Shown here: one piece after another, positions 53,551 to 63,010 of the stretch | Layout of the letters: each line of letters opens with the position of its first letter | Position numbering within the stretch: position 1 is the stretch's first letter | Assembly (NCBI GenBank): GCA_963729445.1 | Contig: CAVSNU010000002.1 | Location: forward strand, 392,327 to 456,326 | Reading direction: 5' to 3' | From: an uncultured Chloroflexia bacterium | GTDB taxonomy: Bacteria > Chloroflexota > Chloroflexia > Thermomicrobiales > CFX8 | Length of the DNA: 64,000 nt | Notes under the pieces: model-generated | Told to the model about the DNA's origin: nothing | Seen by the model: only the letters and a program-made list of their open reading frames with translations | Database searches by the model: none | Made by a program: the position numbers and the translations under genes

Positions 53551-53629
53551 TGCGTAGCGGCGCAATTTATTGCGCCCTCTCCGGCGCCCGAGTGGCCAGG
53601 CAAGGCGCGATAAATCGCGCCGCTACGCA
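53551..53629. repeat. family B palindromic repeat (two GTAGCGGCGC-A/T-loop-GCGCC hairpins in inverted orientation)
   Basis: TGCGTAGCGGCGCAATTTATTGCGCC (53551-53576) pairs with GGCGCGATAAATCGCGCCGCTACGCA (53604-53629) with 2 mismatches. Each arm is itself a 7-bp hairpin. Confidence 0.75.
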
Positions 53630-53738
53630 AGGAGAGAAACCATCAAACATCCGTTGAATGAGGACCATCTCCATCATCGCGCCGCGATGCCTGTGTCTTC
53701 GCTTATGGCTGTAAGAGCACAACCACCGCACTCCCGTC

Positions 53739-54281
53739 TCAAACTGGCTGGAGCGGAAGGTGCGGTTCTGGCGGTAGTGCGGCACGGATCACGTCGCCGG
53801 GGCGTATCTCTCCGCCGGCAATGACGATGCCCATGACACCCGCCTTGCGGATGAGGTTGCCGTCTTCATCGCGCGCCAGCGTCGCAGCCATCAGGCCGGG
53901 CTGCAGCCCGTTCAACTGGGCACAGGGGTTGCGGAGACCGGTTACCTCGACGACCACTGAGTCACCGATATGTAACCAGGTGCCGGTTGCCAGGCCGAGC
54001 AGGTCGACGCCGCGCGTCGTCACGTTCTCGCCCATCTGGCCCGGTGATAGCTCGAAACCGGCAGTCCGCAGCTCGTCGTGCAGCTCGGAGTGGATGAGAT
54101 GCACCTGACGCAGGTTTGGCTGGGTAGGGTCGCGCGCCACCCGCGAGCGATGCTTGACCGTCTCACCCATATGGGCGTCCCCTTCAACGCCCAACCCGGC
54201 CAGGAGTCGAATACGCTGCTGATTTGGTTTCGTCATGGTATGCGTCGCGCTGACGCTCACCGCCGTCACTACCCCATCCAT
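53739..54281 (-). CDS. MOSC-domain protein
   Basis: ..G..GD.H............R.V.L...E................G...GEN.TT.G.DL........L.IG.... pattern. Length 180 aa. Confidence 0.75.
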   Translation of the reverse strand: MDGVVTAVSVSATHTMTKPNQQRIRLLAGLGVEGDAHMGETVKHRSRVARDPTQPNLRQVHLIHSELHDELRTAGFELSPGQMGENVTTRGVDLLGLATGTWLHIGDSVVVEVTGLRNPCAQLNGLQPGLMAATLARDEDGNLIRKAGVMGIVIAGGEIRPGDVIRAALPPEPHLPLQPV

Positions 54282-54312
54282 CGATCTGTGCTCCTCTTCT
54301 TACGATTCTCTC

Positions 54313-55551
54313 TTATGTCCAGCGAGGATAAATCCGCCGGGCATTGTCTCCGAGAATGGATTCTGCGAACCACTCCACATCCTCTGGCGAGACTGCCATC
54401 GTCGTCAGCAGGCTGGTCGCTACTTTGACGATCGCGTAGCGCCAGACGAGCACGCCAAACCATTGGAACTCCGGCGTCATGTGGCCGTCGGTCGAGGCGA
54501 GGACCTGATTCACCGGTGCCAGCTCCAGGGTCTCTTCGAGCACCCGCGCGGCGCCTGGCCCAACCAGCGGGATCGTCAATCCGAGATCGACATAGACGTT
54601 CGGGTACAAGCTGGCCAGGTATGCCGCTTTGCGATGGTAGGGATAGCAGTGCAACAGGACCAGCGGCACATTCCGGAACGGCTCATGGCGGAAGAGCGCC
54701 CGCATCAGCGTGGGATCGTTCTTCGTCATGATGATGTCGTCGTCCCCGAGGGCGACGTGAAACTGCATCGGGAGCTGCAGCGGCACGGCTGCCTCCAGCG
54801 CCGACCAGACGATGGTGTCGACCAGTTCCTTGTCGGCGATCCGGCCCGATCCGCCATCGAGGGCCTGGGCACGGATAGCGGAATACGCATCGGCGGCGCG
54901 ATTCCGGCTCTCAGCAGTTGGAGGGTGGAACTCGAGGCCGGTCCGGTAACCAGCGATACTCTTCAGCGAGACGATGCCTCGCGCTTGCGCCGCGGCGATC
55001 TCCGCACTCAGACGCTCCAGGGCGGAGTCGAGAGTTGTGGCGACCGGAAAACCCTGCTCGACAAATGTCTCAACGCGCAACACACGATAGACCGGGCGAC
55101 CCAGCAACGAGGACCACTCTGAGACGTCGTAGCACTCGCCGAAGGCGAACAAATCATCTGCGTACGCTGCGCCAAGGTTGGCGTCATCGGCCAGCATCCG
55201 ATGGTAGTTGGCCGCGGGCATCGCGTTGCGCGCCTCGAGCACAGACTCTTCGTTCGGCTCGGCGACCAGCAGCATCGCCAGTTCACGTACCATCCAGCGG
55301 TAGGCGATCTGCGACGGGAGATGAGCATTCCAGGCGCCCTCAATGGCCGACTCAGTAAACGGTCTCCGGAAATCCGAGAGGCTCAGCTGGCCCCGATCGC
55401 GATACGGCGGGTGGACGTGGTGATCCTCAAAGGGAATGTCATCGACAATCGAAGACACAATATCTTCGTTCCACTCCGCCAGACTCTCCGGATCGTCCAG
55501 ATCGATGAGGCCCTCGAACAGTTCGTCTTCATCATCAGTCCAGCTGTTCAT
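54313..55551 (-). CDS. amidohydrolase-2 (TIM-barrel metal-dependent hydrolase) family protein
   Basis: There is an early DHHVHP metal motif and a late ..STDGH.. motif. ATG at 55551 with AGAAGGGTGG RBS removes the overlap with the upstream GS-like gene. Confidence 0.6.
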   Translation of the reverse strand: MNSWTDDEDELFEGLIDLDDPESLAEWNEDIVSSIVDDIPFEDHHVHPPYRDRGQLSLSDFRRPFTESAIEGAWNAHLPSQIAYRWMVRELAMLLVAEPNEESVLEARNAMPAANYHRMLADDANLGAAYADDLFAFGECYDVSEWSSLLGRPVYRVLRVETFVEQGFPVATTLDSALERLSAEIAAAQARGIVSLKSIAGYRTGLEFHPPTAESRNRAADAYSAIRAQALDGGSGRIADKELVDTIVWSALEAAVPLQLPMQFHVALGDDDIIMTKNDPTLMRALFRHEPFRNVPLVLLHCYPYHRKAAYLASLYPNVYVDLGLTIPLVGPGAARVLEETLELAPVNQVLASTDGHMTPEFQWFGVLVWRYAIVKVATSLLTTMAVSPEDVEWFAESILGDNARRIYPRWT

Positions 55552-55570
55552 GTCTGCCACCCTTCTTTGC

Positions 55571-56920
55571 CTACACCCGCTCAAAGTACACGGCATGCTC
55601 CCACTCGGAGACGTGGCGATCGTAGCGTGCCAGCTCGTCGCGTTTCACGCGCAGCAGCTCCGGACCACATATGGGACCTAATGCCGCCATCACGACCTCG
55701 TCCTGTTCGACGGCATCCAGTGCCTCTCCAGCCGAGCGTGGCAAGAACCGTACGCCGGATGCCGCCAGTGTGTGCGGATCGGCATGACCGAGATCACCTT
55801 CGGCTGGTGGTCCGGGATCGAGCTCACGATCCAGTCCGTCGATACCGGCCGCGATGAGGGCCGTCAGCATGAGATACGGGTTACCAGTGTGATCGCCGGC
55901 CCGGAACTCGATCCGGCGTCTGGTCGAGCCCGGAACACGGACGAGCGCCGCCCGGTTCTGGAACGCATAGGCAACGTGGGCCGGCGCCCAGGAACCCGGT
56001 TGGAGGCGCTTATAGGAATTGACCGTGGGGGAACCGACACCGCAAATCGCGCGAGCATGTTCGAGGACACCGGCCATGAACTGCTCCATCTCACCCGAGA
56101 GACCGAGCTGACCCTCGCCAGTCGAGAAGTCCTCGGTACCGTCCTCACTCCAGAGCGAGAGGTGAACATGCAAACCGTTCCCCGCCGCGTGCTCGAACGG
56201 TTTCGGCATGAATGCGGCGTACAACCCCGCGTCACGTGCCAGTGCCTTGACGGTATCGCGCAGGGTCAACGCGTCGTCGGCGGCCTTGAGCGGGTGGGTA
56301 TGGCACAGGTTGATCTCTACCTGTCCCGCGCCATATTCGGAGCCGATCTGAATGACATCGACGTCCTGCTCGTCCAGGGCGGTCTCAACCTTGGCGAGTA
56401 GCTCGTGATGGATGTCCATCCGTTCCACCGAGTACATTGGAGACGTATCAGCGGGAACCGGAAGCCCGTGCTCGTCGGTCCGGTACAGGGTGAACTCGGG
56501 CTCAAATGCCACCTGAGCCGTAAACCCACGCTCCATCAAAGCATCGACTGCCGCCATCAGCCGGCCGCGCGGACAACCCTCCCAGTGTTCCCCGTCTTCG
56601 GTGCACAGATGGCTGTAGACACGAGCGATGCTCGGCCTGTAGGGAAGTGAGACGAGGGTATCGGGGTCAGGGATCGCGAAGAAATCACCTGTGTCTGCCC
56701 CAAAACGAGGGCTTTCTACCTGATGATCGTCAATTGTGAAATTCAAGTTCGCGCGCGCAAAGACTCCTCCGTGAAGAATGGCGGAGTGGAACCTGCTCGC
56801 CGGGATCCATTTCGCGCAGGCACGCGCTGAGTAATCGTGAAAGACGATCCAGAGCCCTTGATACCCACCGGCATCGACCCGGCGCGCCAATGAACGCAGC
56901 GCCGTTTCGTCCGCAACCAT
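55571..56920 (-). CDS. glutamine-synthetase-family gamma-glutamyl ligase (GlnA3/PuuA-like)
   Basis: GS catalytic-domain blocks EPEF.L, G.E.G.GQ.E, FMPKP.....GNG.H.H.SLW and NSYKRL.PG.WAP. Confidence 0.85.
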   Translation of the reverse strand: MVADETALRSLARRVDAGGYQGLWIVFHDYSARACAKWIPASRFHSAILHGGVFARANLNFTIDDHQVESPRFGADTGDFFAIPDPDTLVSLPYRPSIARVYSHLCTEDGEHWEGCPRGRLMAAVDALMERGFTAQVAFEPEFTLYRTDEHGLPVPADTSPMYSVERMDIHHELLAKVETALDEQDVDVIQIGSEYGAGQVEINLCHTHPLKAADDALTLRDTVKALARDAGLYAAFMPKPFEHAAGNGLHVHLSLWSEDGTEDFSTGEGQLGLSGEMEQFMAGVLEHARAICGVGSPTVNSYKRLQPGSWAPAHVAYAFQNRAALVRVPGSTRRRIEFRAGDHTGNPYLMLTALIAAGIDGLDRELDPGPPAEGDLGHADPHTLAASGVRFLPRSAGEALDAVEQDEVVMAALGPICGPELLRVKRDELARYDRHVSEWEHAVYFERV

Positions 56921-56988
56921 CTTCGCTCCTCCCCGCTTTCCCCAAACGATTGTCGCGTTCAGGATAACCGAAGTCGGAGCGGTGGTTG

Positions 56989-58347
56989 TTACTTCAGATG
57001 GCGATAGGAAGGGTGCAGTGTGCCAAAGATAACCACGACGGCCACCAACGCCAAACCGCCGATACCAATGGTTAGCGGCGCGCCGTACGAGTCCGCCATC
57101 GCTCCGAAGGGCGTCACGGCCAGAGGCATGGCCGAAAACGTGAGCATATAGACGCTCATCACCCGGCCGTGGAACTGCGGCTCGGTCTTATCCATAACGA
57201 GGGTGCTGTTGAGCGCCATGTACCCGGCAGATGTCGCTCCGACGATCAACAGGGCAAGCATCGCCACATCAAACCGACCGCTCCAGGCGAAGCCCGCCAG
57301 GCTGAGACCAAAGGCCACGCCGAGTCCGAGCTGAATCAACCCGCGCCTTGAGGCGCCGCTCATCGACGCGACCGCGAGTGAGCCAAGCAGCGCACCAATC
57401 CCGTTGACCATCATGAGCAATCCCAGGCCAGTGGCTCCGACGCTGAAGACCTCCTCCGCGAAGACCGGCATCAGCGCCTGATAGGGCATGCCCAGGATGA
57501 CCGGAGCAAAGGCGAGCATCAGCAACGCCAGCACCACCGCGTTGCCCTTGATGTAGCTCAATCCGTCCAGCAGCGAGCGGTAGCCGGATGCCTTCCGGAC
57601 ATTCGCACTGGTTCCGCGGTCGCTGATCCGGAAGAGGCTCAGCACCACGAAGGCGTACATGCAGGCCATCAAGACGTAGATGCCACCGATACCCATCCAT
57701 GGTTTCCCGATGAGGAAGCCGGCCAGGGCCGGGCCGACCACCCGGGACATGTTCATGCCGGCATTGTTGAGGGCAATGGCTTTCATCAGGCGCTTGCGGC
57801 TAATGATCTCCGCCACGAAGGATTGCCGCGCCGGCATATTGAAGGCGAAACAGGTGCCCATCACGAACGCGACGGCGGTCATCATCCAGATGGTCACGAC
57901 ACCGGTGAGAACCACCACCGCGAGAGCGACCGCGCACAGACCGATAATCGTCTGGGTGATCATGAGCACGCGGCGTTTCGAGACGCGATCCGCGACCACG
58001 CCGCCGATCAGAGCGAAGAGCAACATCGGGATGCCGGATCCCAGCGTCACGAAACCAATCGCCGCGGCGGAGTTCGTCAATTCGTAGGCGAGGTAGCCAT
58101 TCGTAATCATGCCCATCTGCATGCCCAGCGTGCCCGGCAGCATACCCAGCCAGAGATGGCGGAACTCTTGCTCCTTGAGCGCCAGGAACGGCTTCATCCA
58201 CCTGGGAGCGTCGGCATCGTCGTCAACACTATCCGGCGCAACGCCAGGTGCGGGCGTCACGACCGGGGGCGAGTGTGCCCCCGTGACATCAGTAACAGCG
58301 AGATGTTTCGCCCCTCTTGGGTCGCGGCGATGAAACGGCACATTCAT
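56989..58347 (-). CDS. MFS transporter
   Basis: About 12 TM helices and the GG..ADR.S.RR loop motif between TM2 and TM3. Confidence 0.85.
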   Translation of the reverse strand: MNVPFHRRDPRGAKHLAVTDVTGAHSPPVVTPAPGVAPDSVDDDADAPRWMKPFLALKEQEFRHLWLGMLPGTLGMQMGMITNGYLAYELTNSAAAIGFVTLGSGIPMLLFALIGGVVADRVSKRRVLMITQTIIGLCAVALAVVVLTGVVTIWMMTAVAFVMGTCFAFNMPARQSFVAEIISRKRLMKAIALNNAGMNMSRVVGPALAGFLIGKPWMGIGGIYVLMACMYAFVVLSLFRISDRGTSANVRKASGYRSLLDGLSYIKGNAVVLALLMLAFAPVILGMPYQALMPVFAEEVFSVGATGLGLLMMVNGIGALLGSLAVASMSGASRRGLIQLGLGVAFGLSLAGFAWSGRFDVAMLALLIVGATSAGYMALNSTLVMDKTEPQFHGRVMSVYMLTFSAMPLAVTPFGAMADSYGAPLTIGIGGLALVAVVVIFGTLHPSYRHLK

Positions 58348-58427
58348 GGGACAGCTAACTCCTGCGCAACAATTATGTAGCGTGGCAAGAACGTCCTAGC
58401 AGGTGGCGAAACGGCGTACCAGACGGC

Positions 58428-58754
58428 TTACAGCACGTGAACGACGGTATAGACCCCGATGAAGGTCATGAAGCCCCCGAGCATCAGGCGAGGTACTCGT
58501 GACGACTGGAACTGGATCGCCCGCAAGAGCACCCATAGCCCCGCCACTGTGCCCAGCACGCCGGCGATCACCGAGAGGACGATGAGGAGCTGGCGAACGC
58601 CATCGCCAAAGACCGATCGCCCGGTGAAAGCGATGATGAAAATCGTGAAGATCGCGCCAACCTCGATGGCTGCGGCGATCAGCTCGTTGCGCTGGAGGCC
58701 AGTATCTCCGCGTTCAGACGTCGTAAAAATGCTCACGTTGTCTCCGATTCGCAC
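58428..58754 (-). CDS. small membrane protein (3 TM), possibly DUF202/YidH-like
   Basis: Hydrophobicity pattern only. The family assignment is weak. Confidence 0.4.
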   Translation of the reverse strand: MRIGDNVSIFTTSERGDTGLQRNELIAAAIEVGAIFTIFIIAFTGRSVFGDGVRQLLIVLSVIAGVLGTVAGLWVLLRAIQFQSSRVPRLMLGGFMTFIGVYTVVHVL

Positions 58755-58949
58755 GATACGAACAACTCATCCTATTCGGATAATTGTACGCCCGGCGCCC
58801 ATCCGGCCTTCGAGTATAACGGATCGCAAGCGTTTCGTATTCCTGAGTGACAGACAACAGATGCCTCCGCCGAACATGCTAGTCTGGAAATAGGCGAATT
58901 TTCGCCGAAACAGTCTCTTTGGCCGGCATAAGTAAAGGAGTGCAGGTCC

Positions 58950-59621
58950 ATGCGAATTGATATCGGCAAAGACGTCATCGCCAGCGACGGCGAGAAAATC
59001 GGCTCCGTCGACCGCCTGGTGCTCGACAGCGAGACCAAAGACCTGAACAAGTTCATCGTTCACAAGGGGATGTTCTGGAGCGAGGACAGGATCGTTGATA
59101 TCGACCTTGTGTCGAATGTTGACGCAGACGGCAACATCCACCTGCGGGTGCCTTCAGACGACGAAGACACGCTGCCCGCGTTCGTAGAAGACACGCACTA
59201 TGCGCCATCGGACGATGAGGTGCGCGCGATGGGCTACGAGGCGTTCGTGGGTACCGCGCCGTACTCGCCCATCCTGTTCGCTTCCGATAACCCAGGCGGA
59301 TCTTATCGCCCAGGTTCGGGACCGTTCTTCGATGTCGCGGATACCGGCCCGACGAACCTGGAGACGCGCACGAACCTGCCCGAAGACTCCATGACCATCG
59401 ATCAGGGCACTGACGTGGTCGGGCGTGACGGTGACAAAGTCGGCGAAGTGGACCAGATCCTGGTCGATGAGCGCGGCAACACGACCGGGTTCGTCGTCAA
59501 ATCAGGTTTCCTCTTCACCCACGATGTCCAGATCCCGATCGATCTCGTCGATCACATGTCCGGCGAGAGGATCACGCTGAAAGTGACCGGCGACGAGGCG
59601 GAGAGCGGGTACCAGGTGTAA
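58950..59621 (+). CDS. tandem PRC-barrel domain protein
   Basis: There are two copies of the G..V...DG.K.G.VD..LVD......F.V pattern, at residues approx. 5-75 and 150-220. Confidence 0.7.
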   Translation: MRIDIGKDVIASDGEKIGSVDRLVLDSETKDLNKFIVHKGMFWSEDRIVDIDLVSNVDADGNIHLRVPSDDEDTLPAFVEDTHYAPSDDEVRAMGYEAFVGTAPYSPILFASDNPGGSYRPGSGPFFDVADTGPTNLETRTNLPEDSMTIDQGTDVVGRDGDKVGEVDQILVDERGNTTGFVVKSGFLFTHDVQIPIDLVDHMSGERITLKVTGDEAESGYQV

Positions 59622-59927
59622 CGCTTCCGCGCTCGCGGACATGCGTGCAGAGCTCTGTTGGCGGGACGCCCAGCGTCCCGCCATCATCGCGTCCGCGTTC
59701 GATACCCCCAGGGTTGGGACCCTTGTGGCATTCAATTTCGACAGGGTCCTTCTGTAAAATGTGCTGGCGGGCTTGCATGGCGTCGGTTGAGTGAGATTGC
59801 ATGCTGTTCAGTGGGTCCACTCGACCGTACATCCCGTATGATCATCTAGGCGCCGGTTGGAACGGCGAAGGGTTATTTGTGCGCTGAGTTGGACCGTGGG
59901 GGATGCTCGGCGCGTAGCAAAGTGGGG

Positions 59928-61361
59928 ATGCACGAAACGGTGATAGATCGAAGCTCATGGGGTCGATATCGACCCGGCAAGTCAGCGCGTCGCTTCAGAA
60001 CACTTCAACTCGTCGTCGCAATCCTGGTGGCAACGGCAACCATCGCAGGAGTCGTACCTCTCACTGGCGCGCCGCAGAGCGCAAGCGCTCAGACCATCAC
60101 GACAAACACGAGCGGCATGCCGAACAAGGCATTTTTTCCAGAAACCGGTCATCACCTGGCTGGTGAGTTTCTACACCACTGGCTGAACAACGGCAGCTTC
60201 ACCATCTATGGTTTCCCAATTACCGACGAGCTGAAGGAAGACGGCCGGACCGTTCAGTACTTTGAGCGCGCTCGCCTGGAGCTCTGGCCGGAACATGCCG
60301 GCACCCAGTGGGTGATTCAGGGAACGTTGCTTGGAAACTGGAAGGCGCAGCGGATTCGCACCAAGCCCGCCTTTCGCCCCCTGCCGGCCTCGGAAAAATC
60401 GACGGACGACCGCTGGGTCTTCCCGGAGACCCGGCACTCGCTCTCTACCGGCTTCCGTGACTACTGGCTCGCGAATGGAGGCGTCCACGTCTTTGGATTC
60501 CCCATTTCGGAGGAGTTCGAAGAGGGTGGCTACAACGTTCAGTATTTCGAGCGCGCCCGCATGGAGTGGCACCCAGAGCACGTGGGCACACCCTATGTCG
60601 TGCTGCTCGGTCACCTGGGTCATGAGCTGGCCGAGGTGGAACGTGTCGACCGCAAGCCCAGAGACATGGCGCCTGACGCCGTGAAGTATGACGCTGGAGT
60701 CTTCAGCCCGGAGTGGGAACACGCGATCCGCACCCACACCGGCGGCTGGATGGGCTACGTCTCGACGGACGCCCTCGGTGTCCGTGTCGCACCGGACAGT
60801 GCTGCAGCGCACGCCGCGACCCTCTACCACCGCCGGCCGGTAACGATCTACGGCATGGTGCGTGGCGGCGAAGAGCTGGGCGTCGACACCTGGTACGACA
60901 TCGGCGGTGGCCAGTATGTCTCCGCTGCCTACATCAACCCCTTGGTTGCGCCCACACCCCCGCAAACATTCGGCGGCACCTGGGTGGATGTGAACCTCAC
61001 CGAGTTCTGGGCCATCGCCTATGAGAACAACACCCCGGTCTACGCCGCCATCATCACGGCAGGCCGTGGCGACAGAACACCCAAAGGCGTGTTCAACGTC
61101 CAGTACCGGGTTCGCAACGAGACGATGGACTCGTCCACGGTCGGGTACCCTGAAGGACATCCTGAGCACTACTACCTGGAGAATGTGCAGTTCACCCAGT
61201 ACTTCTACGCCGGAGGGTTCGCTTTGCACGGTAATTACTGGACCGCAGAGGCTAACTTTGGCCAGTTCAGCTCGAACGGCTGTGTGGGATTCATGGTCCC
61301 TGACGCCGAATACTTCTGGAACTGGCTCGACGTCGGATCCGCGATCCACATTCACTATTAA
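59928..61361 (+). CDS. L,D-transpeptidase (YkuD domain) with two N-terminal LGFP-like repeats
   Basis: TM/signal segment, then 2 x FPETGH.L...F..YWL.NGG....GFPI.EE..E.G..VQYFERAR.E.HPEH module. The C-terminal YkuD block is ...TP.G.F.V......M.S.......Y......T.YF..GGFALHGNYW.....G...SNGCVG. Confidence 0.8.
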   Translation: MHETVIDRSSWGRYRPGKSARRFRTLQLVVAILVATATIAGVVPLTGAPQSASAQTITTNTSGMPNKAFFPETGHHLAGEFLHHWLNNGSFTIYGFPITDELKEDGRTVQYFERARLELWPEHAGTQWVIQGTLLGNWKAQRIRTKPAFRPLPASEKSTDDRWVFPETRHSLSTGFRDYWLANGGVHVFGFPISEEFEEGGYNVQYFERARMEWHPEHVGTPYVVLLGHLGHELAEVERVDRKPRDMAPDAVKYDAGVFSPEWEHAIRTHTGGWMGYVSTDALGVRVAPDSAAAHAATLYHRRPVTIYGMVRGGEELGVDTWYDIGGGQYVSAAYINPLVAPTPPQTFGGTWVDVNLTEFWAIAYENNTPVYAAIITAGRGDRTPKGVFNVQYRVRNETMDSSTVGYPEGHPEHYYLENVQFTQYFYAGGFALHGNYWTAEANFGQFSSNGCVGFMVPDAEYFWNWLDVGSAIHIHY

Positions 61362-61379
61362 GCTACTGACGATCGGAAG

Positions 61380-61410
61380 CGGCGTGGGAACAACCCCACG
61401 CCGCTTTTTC
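61380..61410 (+). terminator. rho-independent terminator
   Basis: GCGGCGTGGG-aacaac-CCCACGCCGC followed by TTTTT, 19 nt after the stop. Confidence 0.8.
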
Positions 61411-61477
61411 ATGCCCCGCAAACCTTGCGCATGCTACGATAAATGAACAACGCATCAACAGAGGGGGAGTAGCATCA

Positions 61478-62062
61478 ATGACCGTCGTATTCTCTGGAGA
61501 GAACCCCGGACTCGTTCTGTTCAAGCCCGGCACTGATGAAGTGGTGGCCGCGGCCAGCTTCTGGCGCTGCGTCTATTCAGAGCACGGTGAGGGGAACGCC
61601 CTGATCATCTGGACCGACAAAGACTCCTCCGGGCTGGGCGGCAACGCGCCGCACGCTATTTACACCGACAACCCCGGCGTCGCCAGACTCGTGACCGACC
61701 GTTTCACCCAGCATTTCGAGCGCTTCCAGGACCGCGGCTTTGGCGGAATGGAAACGCGCCACGCGCGCTTCTTTCAGGACTCGGACAGTCGCTGGTACCA
61801 CCGAGTGGTGTGCAACACCGGCTATGCCGTCATCGAGCTCACCTGGTGGGACGTGCTCGACTACCAGATGGTGAAGCGTGATGACTGGCAGCTCGGCAAC
61901 AGCCGCTTCGACCTGACAACCCTTATCTGCCCATGCGCCAGCGCCTCAATCGCCGTTGCCAACGAACCGGTCGTCGGAGAGGTTCACTCATCGACCGAGG
62001 GAGAGAAGCCATCCAGCTCCGCCTTCCTGGCATTCTCAGAAACTTGGGTAGACCGCGGCTAA
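61478..62062 (+). CDS. hypothetical protein
   Basis: GAGGGGGAG RBS and coding-like composition. No family recognised. Confidence 0.5.
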   Translation: MTVVFSGENPGLVLFKPGTDEVVAAASFWRCVYSEHGEGNALIIWTDKDSSGLGGNAPHAIYTDNPGVARLVTDRFTQHFERFQDRGFGGMETRHARFFQDSDSRWYHRVVCNTGYAVIELTWWDVLDYQMVKRDDWQLGNSRFDLTTLICPCASASIAVANEPVVGEVHSSTEGEKPSSSAFLAFSETWVDRG

Positions 62063-62081
62063 GGCTCAATCGCGCGACAAA

Positions 62082-62122
62082 AAGACTGCCCTCCGGATCG
62101 CTCGAATTCGGAGGGCAGTCTT
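62082..62122. terminator. bidirectional 14-bp hairpin between convergent genes
   Basis: AAGACTGCCCTCCG-13 nt-CGGAGGGCAGTCTT is flanked by an A-run on the left, which is a U-run for the minus-strand gene. Confidence 0.55.
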
Positions 62123-62141
62123 GCGTGCGTTCAAACAACGG

Positions 62142-62687
62142 TTACGGTGCTCCGTCTGCCGGAAAACCCTTCTCCTGCCAGCGGAGATACTTCCAGATAC
62201 TGATCGCCCTGCGGATCTCGTGTAGCGCGCGGGGATCCATATTGGACAGCAGCATCAACGACACGTCCGGGGTAAGGTCAACACTGTTGATCGTCTCGAA
62301 CCCATGCCGGCGCAACAGATTGTGTGCCCGCGGGCTGAGATCCAGGTCGTCTATCGTCGGGTTCACCCGCCACCGGATCCGCTCCCAGCCGGCCTCGGCC
62401 AGGCTCCAGAAAAAGATAGGCGTCACGAACACAATCCCGGCCGCGGCCAGCCACCCGCCCGCGATCAGGGTCGTCGCCTGGAGATTCCCATCGAAGAACA
62501 GGATCGGGCCAAGCACCATCATCCAGCACACGCCGGCGATGATCGCGGAGCGCTTGAGCGGGTTCACCGCGAAGATGTCTGATTCATTTCCGCTGTGAGA
62601 AGCGTATCGGTGGTGCTGGTACAGCTCGCGTGATGTCAAAGGCCGGCTGGACATAGCTGTCGACGAGCCTCGCGGGATACGACTCAT
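62142..62687 (-). CDS. membrane protein with a C-terminal RNA-polymerase alpha-CTD-like helix-hairpin-helix domain
   Basis: There are three hydrophobic helices (IIAGVCWMMVLGPILFF, TTLIAGGWLAAAGIVFVTPIFFW). IDDLDLSPRAHNLLRRHGFETINSVDLTPDVSLMLLSNMDPRALHEIRRAI then follows the alpha-CTD pattern (L.LS.R..N.L...GI.T...L......L....N.G.KSL.EI). Confidence 0.6.
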   Translation of the reverse strand: MSRIPRGSSTAMSSRPLTSRELYQHHRYASHSGNESDIFAVNPLKRSAIIAGVCWMMVLGPILFFDGNLQATTLIAGGWLAAAGIVFVTPIFFWSLAEAGWERIRWRVNPTIDDLDLSPRAHNLLRRHGFETINSVDLTPDVSLMLLSNMDPRALHEIRRAISIWKYLRWQEKGFPADGAP

Positions 62688-62831
62688 GGGCTACAAACTC
62701 CATCACCATTGATCGAAGCAGCGCGGCTAACATCGCCCCGCCTGTAAGCAACTTCAATCATACGATGGAAGGCGCCCGATGGATGTCTCCACGACCCCCT
62801 TTTCCTACTGGCCCTTATGCCCATCCGGCGA

Positions 62832-62837
62832 TATAAT
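62832..62837 (+). promoter_or_regulatory. candidate -10 box (TATAAT) for the tRNA-Leu gene
   Basis: A perfect TATAAT lies 24 nt upstream of tRNA position 1. No convincing -35 was seen. Confidence 0.3.
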
Positions 62838-62860
62838 TACCAGATAAGCTCGCCCCCCTG

Positions 62861-62946
<86 letters not shown>

Positions 62947-62980
62947 TTAATTGACCATCTAAATCAGTATTTTCAGACTC

Positions 62981-63010
62981 CGTTCTCATCGCTGTCAATC
63001 GATGAGAACG
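62981..63010 (+). other. 11-bp perfect hairpin 38 nt downstream of the tRNA
   Basis: CGTTCTCATCG-ctgtcaat-CGATGAGAACG, with no U-tract. It could be a tRNA 3' processing or termination structure, or a recombination-site remnant. Confidence 0.4.
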
